Shown: positions 8,002 to 17,595, numbered from the stretch's first letter. The stretch is DNA of 64,000 bases from Pyrinomonadaceae bacterium (GCA_049663465.1 JBATDM010000105.1:62-64061), one strand, 5' to 3'. Made by a program: numbers and translations. The notes: generated by a model not told the origin, from the sequence alone.

Positions 8002-10074
8002 ATGGACATTAGCTACAACTGGCTTAAAGATCTGATCGACACTGGACTCGACGCCGAAACGACGGCGCGCGAGTTGACCCGGGTTGGTCTCGCCGTTGAG
8101 GGCGTTCATCCGCAAAACGATGATTGGATCCTCGATGTCGATCTTACGTCTAACCGCCCGGACTGCCTTTCGCACCTCGGTGTTGCACGCGAACTATCCG
8201 TCATTACAAAGGCGAAGATACAAGCTGTAGCGAGTGTGCCCTCTGACGAAAAGAACCCGTCTAAGGCAACAGATCGTGTATCGATTAGTGACCCCGATCT
8301 TTGCCACCGTTTCACCGCCCGCATCGTCCGGGGTGTCAAGATCGGCCCTTCGCCGCAATGGCTCGTCGATCGCCTTGAAGCTCTCGGTGAGCGGTCGATC
8401 AACAATGTCGCTGATATCACCAATTACGTCATGCTCGAGCTAGGACAACCGATGCATGCTTTTGATCTCGATAAACTTGCTGAGGGCCGGATCCTTGTTC
8501 GCAGAGCCATATCAGGTGAATCAATAACGACGCTCAAAGAAGAGGAAAAGGTGCTGGGCCCTGACGTTTTGGCCATCTGCGATGCCGAAAAGCCGGTAGC
8601 GATAGGTGGTGTGATTGGCGGACTCGACTCAAGCATCACCGATTTCACAGTTAATGTATTGCTTGAGGTTGCGTATTTTGACCGAGCAAACATAAGGGCA
8701 ACATCGCGTAAGCTTAATATCGCTACGGAGGCCAGCTACCGCTTCGAACGCGGCGTTGATATCCAGAATCTTGTCCGGGCTTCAAACCGTGCGGCAAAGC
8801 TCATCGTAGAACTTGCCGGCGGCGAGTTGGGGGAATTCGTTGACGTAGATCCGACTGGCTTCACCCCAAAGAAAGTTGAATCGTCCGACATTTCAGCCGC
8901 GGTCGGACGGTTGACGGGACTCGATGTCCCGACGGATGAATGCGTGCGTATCCTTGGCTCCCTTGGCATCCAGCCAATAGAAGGTTCGCATGTTTTCGTC
9001 GCACCATCATGGAGGCACGACATTGCTATTGAGGAAGACCTCGTCGAGGAAATCGCGCGTCACGCGGGATACGAGAACATTGCATCTGAACTACCGCCCT
9101 CGTACGGTGCCGGTGAATATCAGGTGACCGAGCACCGCGAAAAGTTGCTGCGGCAGCGACTGGTCGATATGGGTTTTGACGAGGCGATCTCCTACAGCTT
9201 TGTCGATACCCGGCACGACGAGATATTTCAAACGGCGCCGGGCGTGATAGACGAGAATGCAGACGAACAGTTTGTCACGCTGCAGGATTCAGTTATCGAA
9301 GGAGCGGTTCGGATGCGGGCGACGATCTTGCCTGGGCTTCTCGATGCGGTCAGGCTAAACCGCAATTTTCAGCGTCGCGACCTCAAACTTTTCGAGGTCG
9401 GCAAAGTCTTTTCGGCCGGAAACGACGAGGATGGCCTGCCGAACGAGCACGAAATGCTCACGCTTGTGATCACCGGTAGCGAGGTCTATCAAAACAAGGC
9501 CCTCGCGACCCGCCAACTGGACTTTTACGACGCGAAAGGCTCAGTCGAGGCCGCCCTCGATGCGATAGGTATCACAGATCCAGCGTTTTCATCGGCAGAA
9601 GTTAAGCATCTCCGAAACGGGCAGGCCGCAAGTATAGCGGCGGGCGGAACTGATATCGGATCCGTAGGCCGTCTAGATGACGAGATTGCGGCAACCTACA
9701 AGTTCCGCGACCCCGTATATGTGGCCGAGATCGACCTTGGTGCAGCGTTGGCCGTCGCTGAGACCCCGTTGGCCTATGCACCCTTGGCCAAATTCCCTGG
9801 AGTGACTCGCGACATCACCTTTGCCGCAAGCAAGAATGTGTCGTACGCCTCGATTCGCGCGGCTGCCGTGGGACTCGGGGTTGAATTGTGTCGCGATGTC
9901 CAGTTCGCCGATGTTTTTGAGGGCAAAGGGTTGGCAGACAATGAACGGGCATTGACGATCCGGTTGCTGTATCGAAGCGATGAACGAACGCTCGTAGAGG
10001 ATGAGGTCGAGGCCATTCACAAGAAAATAGTTGAAGAAATCGAACGCGTAACCGGCGTAAAACAAAGAGTTTAG
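8002..10074 (+). CDS. pheT: phenylalanine--tRNA ligase beta subunit (short form)
   Basis: N-terminal MDISYNWLKDLI, B3/4 and B5-like regions, and a C-terminal FDX-ACB-like domain. At 690 aa it appears to lack the OB-fold B2 insertion. Confidence 0.9.
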   Translation: MDISYNWLKDLIDTGLDAETTARELTRVGLAVEGVHPQNDDWILDVDLTSNRPDCLSHLGVARELSVITKAKIQAVASVPSDEKNPSKATDRVSISDPDLCHRFTARIVRGVKIGPSPQWLVDRLEALGERSINNVADITNYVMLELGQPMHAFDLDKLAEGRILVRRAISGESITTLKEEEKVLGPDVLAICDAEKPVAIGGVIGGLDSSITDFTVNVLLEVAYFDRANIRATSRKLNIATEASYRFERGVDIQNLVRASNRAAKLIVELAGGELGEFVDVDPTGFTPKKVESSDISAAVGRLTGLDVPTDECVRILGSLGIQPIEGSHVFVAPSWRHDIAIEEDLVEEIARHAGYENIASELPPSYGAGEYQVTEHREKLLRQRLVDMGFDEAISYSFVDTRHDEIFQTAPGVIDENADEQFVTLQDSVIEGAVRMRATILPGLLDAVRLNRNFQRRDLKLFEVGKVFSAGNDEDGLPNEHEMLTLVITGSEVYQNKALATRQLDFYDAKGSVEAALDAIGITDPAFSSAEVKHLRNGQAASIAAGGTDIGSVGRLDDEIAATYKFRDPVYVAEIDLGAALAVAETPLAYAPLAKFPGVTRDITFAASKNVSYASIRAAAVGLGVELCRDVQFADVFEGKGLADNERALTIRLLYRSDERTLVEDEVEAIHKKIVEEIERVTGVKQRV

Positions 10075-10150
10075 AAATATCTTAATCTTTTACTTGAAGT
10101 TTTGGCCCGAAGTGGCTCATAATCTTTTCCACAGCTGACGATATCCCAAG

Positions 10151-10447
10151 TTGGAGACCCATTTGATGAACGGTTTGACGGGAATGGAAAAATTCTCGCA
10201 TCTTGAAGACAAGATATATCTCACTATTGAGTTTGCCAAGAAATTGCGTGATGAAAAGGAAAGACTTGAGCAAGAGTCCCACGATCTGCGTGTCGAAGCT
10301 GCAAATGCGGTCGCAGACAAACGGATCGCCGAAGAGAGGCTTTCCGTATTGCTTTCCGAGCGCGATTCGATCCAGCTGAAGGTTGAGGCAATGCTTGAGG
10401 CAATTACCCAAATTGATGCGGATGCAGCGGAGGCCGTCGGTAAATAG
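10151..10447 (+). CDS. coiled-coil protein, ZapB-like (tentative)
   Basis: 98-aa all-helical heptad-rich ORF immediately upstream of zapA. The assignment rests on position and composition only. Confidence 0.4.
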   Translation: METHLMNGLTGMEKFSHLEDKIYLTIEFAKKLRDEKERLEQESHDLRVEAANAVADKRIAEERLSVLLSERDSIQLKVEAMLEAITQIDADAAEAVGK

Positions 10448-10462
10448 CCGCGAGATCGATCT

Positions 10463-10783
10463 ATGTCCGAACAAACCATAAGAGTCGAGATATACAATCA
10501 GACGTATAGCATCCGTTCGGACGGCGATAATGAGTATATTCAAGACCTTGCTCAGTACGTTGACAACAAGATGCGAGAGATCACGTCGGGCACGATGACC
10601 GTCGATTCGCTAAAGGTTGCCATTCTCGCCGCACTGCATATTGCCGACGAATACTATCAGCTACGTTCCAATCAGTCCCAGAACGATGCCCAGCTCGCGG
10701 CCCGGAGTTCCGAATGCACGGAAATGCTCGACCGCGTTCTCAAACACCGCGAGATCCCGTCACCGGTCCTTGATGTCGAATAG
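10463..10783 (+). CDS. zapA: cell division protein ZapA
   Basis: 106 aa. IRVEIYNQTYSIRSDGDNEYIQDLAQYVDNKM and VAILAALHIADEY resemble the ZapA family. Confidence 0.75.
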   Translation: MSEQTIRVEIYNQTYSIRSDGDNEYIQDLAQYVDNKMREITSGTMTVDSLKVAILAALHIADEYYQLRSNQSQNDAQLAARSSECTEMLDRVLKHREIPSPVLDVE

Positions 10784-10820
10784 CTCTACAACGAATTTAA
10801 TTTTGGATTGCCCAGGTCTG

Positions 10821-10829
10821 TGGTAGTAT
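10821..10829 (+). promoter_or_regulatory. extended -10 promoter element TGGTAGTAT
   Basis: TGn-TAGTAT sits 7 nt upstream of G10836, where the long closing stem of the candidate 6S RNA begins. Confidence 0.35.
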
Positions 10830-10835
10830 CTGTTT

Positions 10836-11052
10836 GGCGAAAGAATTTTGACTGCGGTTCTCGTTCACGGACGCAATTACAATTGAGCCAACATATGAAT
10901 GCCGGGAGGCTAATGCTGGTTGTCGGTGCTTTTCTCTACGGAGACGAGCCATAGAGACCGGCTTTGATATCGCGAAAGCGGTAGAAGGCCACCCACCTGT
11001 AAACTACAGGTTCAATTCATACGTTCGCACGAATCCGCGGTCCTCATTCGCC
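10836..11052 (+). ncRNA. ssrS: candidate 6S RNA (ssrS)
   Basis: Non-coding gap directly after zapA. A long bulged closing stem pairs GGCGAAAGAATTTTGACTGCGG (10836-) with CCGCGGTCCTCATTCGCC (-11052). There is an internal stem GCCGG/CCGGC (10901/10958) and a large unpaired central region with small hairpins (CGC-GAAA-GCG, CCTG-TAAACTA-CAGG). Confidence 0.45.
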
Positions 11053-11063
11053 ATTTATTATTT

Positions 11064-11090
11064 AGACGCTGCTTGGAGGCGTCTTTTCTT
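11064..11090 (+). terminator. rho-independent terminator
   Basis: AGACGC-TGCTTGGAG-GCGTCT followed by TTTTCTTT. It lies between the ncRNA candidate and the convergent gene ending at 11109. Confidence 0.5.
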
Positions 11091-11108
11091 TGCTTTGAGT
11101 CCTCTCAG

Positions 11109-11864
11109 TTAGATAGGATCTTTGCTTTCGAGTTCCAGTCTGATCTCGTCAGCCATTTTCGCAGCCTCGAGTGCTAGTGGAAGTTCGGATGTTCGCGCGG
11201 AGAGTTTCTTGAGTGCGATCTCGTTGTCAACCAGCGGGCCGCCTCTCGTTGCAGCCGCCTCGATCATTTGCAATCGAGCCTCAGCCTCAGACAGCATTAG
11301 GCGAGCCTCCTCATTGATGTTGGAGATCTTCGTGATATCGTCCGCAATTTGCTCCTGAAATTGTTCACTTTTTGCGGATTTTAGCTCCTTCAAGGAATTT
11401 TGACGGCGCTTTGCATAGACCAGTTCCCGTTTCGATGACCTCGCGATCCTGGTCGCGGTAAGGCGTGAAGCAAGGGTCTCGCGAAAGGCATCAGCGAGTA
11501 ACACGTCTCGTGCCTCAATTGCCTTGAGGGAGCGCTTCTCGGACGGCTTCAGTTCGTTGCGAAACCAATGTATTTCCTGGGCACTGATTCCGTTTGCGGC
11601 GATTCGCTCGCGCATTTCCTTTGTCCAAATGGAGCGTCGGCGGATCATCACAAAAGAGAGGACGAGTCCGATCAGCAATGCCAAGCCAGTTGCAACAGCC
11701 CCGACGAAAAGGATAACGGCCGCGACTGGTGGTCCGGAGGCGGCGAACAGCAGGAGCAGAAACGTGATCAACGCCGGCAAGATCGGCAAAAGAATAGGGG
11801 CGGCAAAGGCTCCAACCTTTAGCTTTTGTCCTCGCTTGATATCAATATCTCTATTCTCATTCAT
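11109..11864 (-). CDS. membrane protein with C-terminal coiled coil (hypothetical)
   Basis: 251-aa ORF with two N-terminal hydrophobic helices followed by a charged helical region. No family recognised. Confidence 0.5.
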   Translation of the reverse strand: MNENRDIDIKRGQKLKVGAFAAPILLPILPALITFLLLLFAASGPPVAAVILFVGAVATGLALLIGLVLSFVMIRRRSIWTKEMRERIAANGISAQEIHWFRNELKPSEKRSLKAIEARDVLLADAFRETLASRLTATRIARSSKRELVYAKRRQNSLKELKSAKSEQFQEQIADDITKISNINEEARLMLSEAEARLQMIEAAATRGGPLVDNEIALKKLSARTSELPLALEAAKMADEIRLELESKDPI

Positions 11865-11993
11865 ACGCGCCAGCAGACCTAGAGTCTAGCGCATCGGGCT
11901 GTAATTTGCGGAAACTCAAGTACCTCTTTTCGCATCATAAATTTCGGTATTTGGCGATAAATAGTTTATTATGCAGGGACTAGGTTTCGGAAT

Positions 11994-12950
11994 ATGAGGA
12001 TACGACTAAATTTGCCTGTTATCGCGGTAGGTATTGCTTTGTTCGTCGCAGCCTTTGCCAATGCTCAGCCGCCGCCAGACGAAACTAAACCCCGTGTCCG
12101 CACCGTGACGATACCGATATCCATCTTTACAAAAAAGGAACTCAGAGGAAATCAGGCGGAGGAATTTGTTCAAGCAGATCGTTTGATCGTCAAGGAAAAT
12201 AATGAGGAGCAGCCGATACTTTCTATCCGAAGCGTGAGCGAATCACCTATGTCCATTGCTCTGCTGATCCAGGACGATTTGACCTCGACATTTAACCTTC
12301 AGCTAAAGGATATTCAGAGTTTCATTCGTAATCTGCCAAGTGGAACCAGAGTAATGGTCGCCTACTCGCGAAGCGGTTCTCTAGATGTTCGGCAGAGATT
12401 CACTGACGATCTCGATAAAGCAGCGAAATCATTGCGTATCGTCTCTGGCAGTTCGTCGCTCGCCCCACGTAGCCCTTTTGACGGGGTCTCCGACAGTCTT
12501 GGCCGGTTTGACGGCCTGCCGTCCGGGCGGCGGGCAATCCTACTATTCTCCGACGGCTTGGATACATCAAGCGGAACGAATCTGGCGTCTATTTCACAAA
12601 GCTTCGAGCTTGACCAATCGATCTTGAAAGCTCAGAGAAAGAGCGTTGCGGTGTATTCGTTCTACGCCCCAACAGCGCTCTCTGAAAGCGGCAATTCGAT
12701 ATTTGCACTTGCTGCTCAGGGAGCGCTCGTCAAGTTGTCAGACCATACCGGTGGCAGGGCTTTCTTTCAAGGGTCGTCGGCACCGGTAAGCTACGTTCCG
12801 TTTTTTAAGGATCTAGTCCTTTCGCTCAATCGCCAATTTTCCCTAACCTACCTCACCACACACATGAAAAAATCCTACTACAAGGTTAGTGTCATGAGCA
12901 CCAATCCCGAGATCAAGATCGAACATCCTAAAGGGTATTACTATCGGTGA
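11994..12950 (+). CDS. secreted VWA-domain protein (Acidobacterial VWFA-type)
   Basis: Signal peptide. RAILLFSDGLDTSS is a MIDAS-like segment. The architecture recalls the VWFA-related Acidobacterial family. Confidence 0.55.
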   Translation: MRIRLNLPVIAVGIALFVAAFANAQPPPDETKPRVRTVTIPISIFTKKELRGNQAEEFVQADRLIVKENNEEQPILSIRSVSESPMSIALLIQDDLTSTFNLQLKDIQSFIRNLPSGTRVMVAYSRSGSLDVRQRFTDDLDKAAKSLRIVSGSSSLAPRSPFDGVSDSLGRFDGLPSGRRAILLFSDGLDTSSGTNLASISQSFELDQSILKAQRKSVAVYSFYAPTALSESGNSIFALAAQGALVKLSDHTGGRAFFQGSSAPVSYVPFFKDLVLSLNRQFSLTYLTTHMKKSYYKVSVMSTNPEIKIEHPKGYYYR

Positions 12951-13426
12951 GGGCCGAGAGCCAGTTTTGAATCACAAGTTTGACAGACCGGAACGTTCTC
13001 TTTGATCAACAAACCGATCCAAAATAGCGGAAAGAATGCGACCAAAAGCACGGCAAAAGTGATCCAGCCGCCCGTCGAGATGCGTCTTTCAATGCGCGGC
13101 ATCATCTGGCTCGAACAAGTCGGGCAGCGAAAAGGCTGAGCAAGGTAACCCGGTTGCTGGTAGGCAAGCGGAGCCGGCCGGTAATTCGAATTCAGATGGT
13201 CGATCTGTCCGGTATTCTTATCAACATAGCCGGTGTCCTTCCCCTTCCGCGGCTCATTCTTCGTCTGAAACTCATCTGTTTTCCACGCGTAGGCTCGCGG
13301 TGCCGAATAGTCAAAACCCGGGTCATTGACAGGCTGCTGCTGCAGAGTCATAAATTTCGACCCACAGAACCGGCAATAGTTGGTCTCCGGAGTATTAAGC
13401 TTTCCGCAATTTCGGCAGGGGTTCAT
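12941..13426 (-). CDS. zinc-ribbon protein with LITAF-like C-terminal domain
   Basis: N-terminal CRNCG...CRFCG ribbon. The C-terminus reads CPTC, then a hydrophobic stretch (WITFAVLLVAFFPLFWIGLLI), then CQTC, which is the LITAF/SIMPLE-like layout. Confidence 0.5.
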   Translation of the reverse strand: MNPCRNCGKLNTPETNYCRFCGSKFMTLQQQPVNDPGFDYSAPRAYAWKTDEFQTKNEPRKGKDTGYVDKNTGQIDHLNSNYRPAPLAYQQPGYLAQPFRCPTCSSQMMPRIERRISTGGWITFAVLLVAFFPLFWIGLLIKENVPVCQTCDSKLALGPHR

Positions 13427-13495
13427 ACTTCACGTCTCTCGTGACACAGCATATCAAATTTTACACGCGTTTTGCGAAGAAAGGTTCGAAATGGG

Positions 13496-14473
13496 TCAGT
13501 CAAAGCGGACGCCTTTGCCGGTCCGGATAGCTTTGTAAACCGATTCAACCAGTTCAACCGCCTTGTATCCGTCGAGTGCTGTCACCAACGGGTCGGTGCG
13601 ATCTAGGATCGCATCGACAAATGCAGCATCTTCCTGAACAAATCCGCGTTTTTCATCCGTGTCGAGCATATGGAACGCGTGCGTTTCAAAGTCCGCCGCA
13701 AGCCCGCGGCAATCGAATAGACGTTCCATCTCCTCGGTCATAATGGTCCGGTGATGGCAGAAAACTTCCATCCGCTCGAACGGAAAATGCCAGCTCGCAT
13801 CCGACGAGGATGCGAACGTGCAGTGAAATCCACTCCTAAACTTAAAAATGATAGAAAATTCGTCGATCTCCGGATACTCGTGCCGCGAGCCATAGGCGAT
13901 AAGTTCCTCGATCTCGCCGAACTGAAACCGGAGCATATCGAGAAAGTGTATCGTTGTCTCGTACAGAAAGCCGCCGGTAACGTCAACATCGCCAGTCCAC
14001 GGGGGGTTCTTCAACTCTCCGCGATTCATCTTAATGTGCGCAGAATGCGGCGTGTCCTCGGAAAGCAGCTCTTTGAGTTTTACGTAAACGGGAGCAAACC
14101 GCCGGCTGTGCCCAACCTGAAAAATGCCTTTGCTGGCCTCTGCGGAGGCAAGAAGGCGCTTAGCGTCTTCCATGCCGGTCGCAAACGGCTTTTCACAAAA
14201 GACGTGCTTCCCTGCCTCGACCGCGGCCGTGGCGATCTCGAGATGCGTCTTGTTTGGGGCACACACGAGGACCGCGTCGCAATGATCCAGCAGTTCCGCA
14301 CGAGACGAGCACACCTTCCCGCCGATACGTCTCGCAGTTTGATGGGCCCGTTCCGGAATGATGTCAAAGAGTGCAGCGATCTCGGCCCGCTCGTCGCGGG
14401 CATAGATACTACCGTGGACATTCCCGATATAACCCGTACCAACTATGCCGATCCTGACCTTGCTCATTACCAA
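13496..14473 (-). CDS. Gfo/Idh/MocA family oxidoreductase
   Basis: N-terminal Rossmann motif IGIVGTGYIG and an EKP motif (VFCEKPFA). Confidence 0.85.
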   Translation of the reverse strand: MVMSKVRIGIVGTGYIGNVHGSIYARDERAEIAALFDIIPERAHQTARRIGGKVCSSRAELLDHCDAVLVCAPNKTHLEIATAAVEAGKHVFCEKPFATGMEDAKRLLASAEASKGIFQVGHSRRFAPVYVKLKELLSEDTPHSAHIKMNRGELKNPPWTGDVDVTGGFLYETTIHFLDMLRFQFGEIEELIAYGSRHEYPEIDEFSIIFKFRSGFHCTFASSSDASWHFPFERMEVFCHHRTIMTEEMERLFDCRGLAADFETHAFHMLDTDEKRGFVQEDAAFVDAILDRTDPLVTALDGYKAVELVESVYKAIRTGKGVRFD

Positions 14474-15312
14474 CTGCCACCCGCCGTATATTGTCCCAGT
14501 CCCAAAACCTCTTCGGTCGCCCGTTTTGCCTTTTGGGCAACCTCAAATGGGTCCTGATCCCAATATTCAGGACGAAAGATCTCAATGCTGACCATTCGGT
14601 CGTAACCGATCGCGTCAAAACGTTGTTTCATCTGGTGAAGCGGCAGTATGCCTTCGCCGGGATAAAGCCGCTGAGCATCGGTGAGACTTTCCTTTGGGAG
14701 ATCTTCGGCATCATTTATGTGAAAGATGAACAGCTTGTCGGGGTTCATCGAGTCGATAGCCTCAAACGTTGAGTTCCCTGCATAAAAGTGGAATGAATCG
14801 ATCACGCTGCCGACGTTGTCGCGGCCGACGCGTTCGACGATCTCGTTACACAGGTCGAGTGTCTGGACCGAGCAATCCGTTTGACCGAGAAACTCAAACG
14901 CGAGCGAAATACCAGATCTACTGGCAATATCGGCAAGCTCATTCAACACCGTCACCGATTCGTCGATGATCTCGCCCTCGGTAGCACCGTCCGGTAATTT
15001 GCCTGGCACAACGACGATATATGGACAGCCGATCTCGCCGGCAATGCGCGAAAGCGTTTCGCACTCGGCGACGATCCGGGCGTGATCCGCCGAGTTGCGA
15101 AATGTAATGTGCTCGATCGAATTTATCGAGTATGGTTTGATCCCGGCAGTCTCAAATTCGACCCTCAGGTCATTGACTGAGTGCTCCTCAAGGTACCGGT
15201 ACAACTTCGCCGACCATATTTCGAGCAGATCGTAGCCTGCCGCCCCGGCCGCTTTGATATCGGTCGATAGGTCTGCCTTCATCGTGGTGGCGCCGTTTAG
15301 GGCGATCATCAT
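14467..15312 (-). CDS. sugar phosphate isomerase/epimerase (xylose isomerase-like TIM barrel)
   Basis: 281-aa ORF with the typical AP-endonuclease-2/TIM-barrel pattern (FHINDA, SIEIF). Overlaps the downstream oxidoreductase by 7 nt. Confidence 0.8.
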   Translation of the reverse strand: MMIALNGATTMKADLSTDIKAAGAAGYDLLEIWSAKLYRYLEEHSVNDLRVEFETAGIKPYSINSIEHITFRNSADHARIVAECETLSRIAGEIGCPYIVVVPGKLPDGATEGEIIDESVTVLNELADIASRSGISLAFEFLGQTDCSVQTLDLCNEIVERVGRDNVGSVIDSFHFYAGNSTFEAIDSMNPDKLFIFHINDAEDLPKESLTDAQRLYPGEGILPLHQMKQRFDAIGYDRMVSIEIFRPEYWDQDPFEVAQKAKRATEEVLGLGQYTAGGSW

Positions 15313-15457
15313 ATCTGCTATTTCTCCAAAAGCGAGAGTTTACCACGAAATCTCTCTACCACCGACGCCGGAAGCTGCGGTCAACGAATATCGTTGCGCG
15401 AGCGTCTAAAAATGCGGTAACCTAACGGCAGACCTGACCTCGCCCGTAGTACAAGAT

Positions 15458-16825
15458 ATGAAAAACATCCTCGCCGTCCTCGTTTTATCCATTTTATTGC
15501 TTGCCGGTTCTGCGCTCGGCCAATCCGACGCCGCTTTGCGTGCGACGATCGACAAGGACAATGCGAGCCGCAATAATAGCGGAGAAATGCCGCTCTTGAG
15601 CGCAAGCGAACACCTTGCGCGAGGAACGGTCTACTTCGAGAACCGCCACTTCCCCGAATCCCGCGTGCATTTTTACAAGATCCTCGAAAAGTACCCGGAA
15701 GATCCCGCGATGTCCGCTGCCCTGTTCATGACGGGCCGCTCATACTATTGGGAACGCCAGTATGCTAAAGGAATTCCCTATCTTGAACGAGCGGCAAAAG
15801 AATTTCCGGGCACCAAGGACGGCCGCGAAGGCCTTTATTTTCAGGGTTCGTGCAACGTCCGTATCGAACGAAACGAAGAGGCGGCCCGCGTTTACGAGCA
15901 ATACACCGTAATGTACCCGACCGGCGAGCGAATCGACGGGGCGTATCTGAATATCATTGATGCGTTGCGCGAGGCACGTAAATACGACGAGGCCGACGCC
16001 TGGGTCGAAAAGGTCCGTCAGAAATTTGGCGGAATGCCGACCGAGACAAACGCTCTGCATGCACGGCTGCGCATAAATATCTTTCGCGGACGATGGGATG
16101 AGGCGATAGCGACCGCCGACACGATGCTGTCCTCAAGTAAATTCTCGGGTTCGATGGCGAGTATCGACGAGGTCAAGTATTTAAGGGCATTTGCCCTTGA
16201 ACGGGCGGGCAAGCGTGGTGATGCCGCAGCAGCGTACGCCGCGATCCCGGACAGCCGTTCGTCATACTTCGGCGGACTCGCGGCAGACAAACGGGACGCA
16301 TTCGGCGGCCGCGTCAAAACGATCGCTCAGGTTTCACCGAGGGATTTCCCGGCAGTCTTCGTTGGCGAGGTCCTCCGTGAATCAAAAAAACGCGGCATCG
16401 ATCCCCGGTTCGTTCTTGCCATAATGAAGCAGGAAAGCTCGTTCCGCCCGGCCGTCAAATCGCCATCGGCCGCACGCGGCCTGCTCCAGCTTGTCTTTGA
16501 CACGGCCCTCAAATACAACAAAAAGGCCGGTTACGCCACTATCGATGCCGACGACCTCTACAAACCGTCGGTCAATATCGCCATCGGCTGCGAGTATATC
16601 GCCGACCTCAAAGACCAGTTCGGCGGCCTCTACGAAGCCATCGCCGCCAGCTACAACGGCGGCGAAGACAACGCAGAGCGCTGGCTAAAACGCTCAAACC
16701 CAAAAGACCCCGCCATCTTCGCCTCAGAGGTCGGATTCTCCGAGACAAAACAGTACGTCTTTAAGGTGATGAACAACTATCGCGTTTACAAGGATCTATA
16801 CGACGAGAACTTGGTGAGAAACTAG
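15458..16825 (+). CDS. lytic transglycosylase with TPR-like N-terminal region (SLT domain)
   Basis: Signal peptide. C-terminal SLT motifs MKQESSF, GLLQL and AASYNGG. Confidence 0.8.
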   Translation: MKNILAVLVLSILLLAGSALGQSDAALRATIDKDNASRNNSGEMPLLSASEHLARGTVYFENRHFPESRVHFYKILEKYPEDPAMSAALFMTGRSYYWERQYAKGIPYLERAAKEFPGTKDGREGLYFQGSCNVRIERNEEAARVYEQYTVMYPTGERIDGAYLNIIDALREARKYDEADAWVEKVRQKFGGMPTETNALHARLRINIFRGRWDEAIATADTMLSSSKFSGSMASIDEVKYLRAFALERAGKRGDAAAAYAAIPDSRSSYFGGLAADKRDAFGGRVKTIAQVSPRDFPAVFVGEVLRESKKRGIDPRFVLAIMKQESSFRPAVKSPSAARGLLQLVFDTALKYNKKAGYATIDADDLYKPSVNIAIGCEYIADLKDQFGGLYEAIAASYNGGEDNAERWLKRSNPKDPAIFASEVGFSETKQYVFKVMNNYRVYKDLYDENLVRN

Positions 16826-16828
16826 CTA

Positions 16829-17584
16829 TCATTTCGGCCATGGCACTTGGAAGACAAAGGCAACGTTGGCGACCTTGAGGGAGTAAACTACGAACTCGGC
16901 GTCGTTCACGCGGCGAAAATAGACGAGCCCCTTGATACTTCCACCAGCCCGTACTGATTTCGCCGTCAATGCGGTTTTTCTCAGCCGTCTCTGTTCGCGT
17001 GAACTGACTTCGGTGCGGGTCTTCTCCAGCCGATCTGCCTGGTCGGCGGCGCTTTGATCGGGAACGATAACCGTCGTCTTGACCCTGGAACCGTCGTCAC
17101 GCCGCAAGTCCCTCGTTTCGCCAACGACCTGCATGTCGCCCATAAATTCTCCAAGAGAATTTTCAAGCCTTGTCCCCGAGGCCATTGTGCGAATAATGTC
17201 GCGACTCGGGATAGATGTCTCGGCAAGCAGAGGTGCTTTTCGTTCGACAAACTCGATGCGCGACTTAAAATGAGCGGCTCCCCAACGATCTGAATCGAAT
17301 CCGATAAACTGATCCGTATCGTTCTTTATTTGGGCCGCAACGATTAAACGATCACCGTCTTCGAGAAACACCGCGGCAAGGGTAACACCGTCATACGTTA
17401 TCGTACTGACGGGGCCGCGCTCGGTGACGATAGAGTCGCAAAAAATCGTTTCCGGTTTGTCGATCCCTTTAGACTTCAGGCCGCAGCGTGGCTCGCCATT
17501 CCAAAAAATTAGTTTCTTAGCGCTCTGCGCGGATCCCGCCACCGTGATTGTTAGGACTATCAGAGCGCAAACGATTATTTTCAT
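16829..17584 (-). CDS. secreted hypothetical protein
   Basis: 251-aa ORF with a signal peptide (MKIIVCALIVLTITVAGSAQS). No family recognised. Confidence 0.45.
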   Translation of the reverse strand: MKIIVCALIVLTITVAGSAQSAKKLIFWNGEPRCGLKSKGIDKPETIFCDSIVTERGPVSTITYDGVTLAAVFLEDGDRLIVAAQIKNDTDQFIGFDSDRWGAAHFKSRIEFVERKAPLLAETSIPSRDIIRTMASGTRLENSLGEFMGDMQVVGETRDLRRDDGSRVKTTVIVPDQSAADQADRLEKTRTEVSSREQRRLRKTALTAKSVRAGGSIKGLVYFRRVNDAEFVVYSLKVANVAFVFQVPWPK

Positions 17585-17595
17585 GACTGGGCGGG

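Noticed and set aside
13751-14557. 268-aa plus-strand ORF.
   Set aside because: It is antisense to the Gfo/Idh/MocA oxidoreductase gene, which has clear family motifs. The ORF itself has no motifs and an Arg-rich composition.
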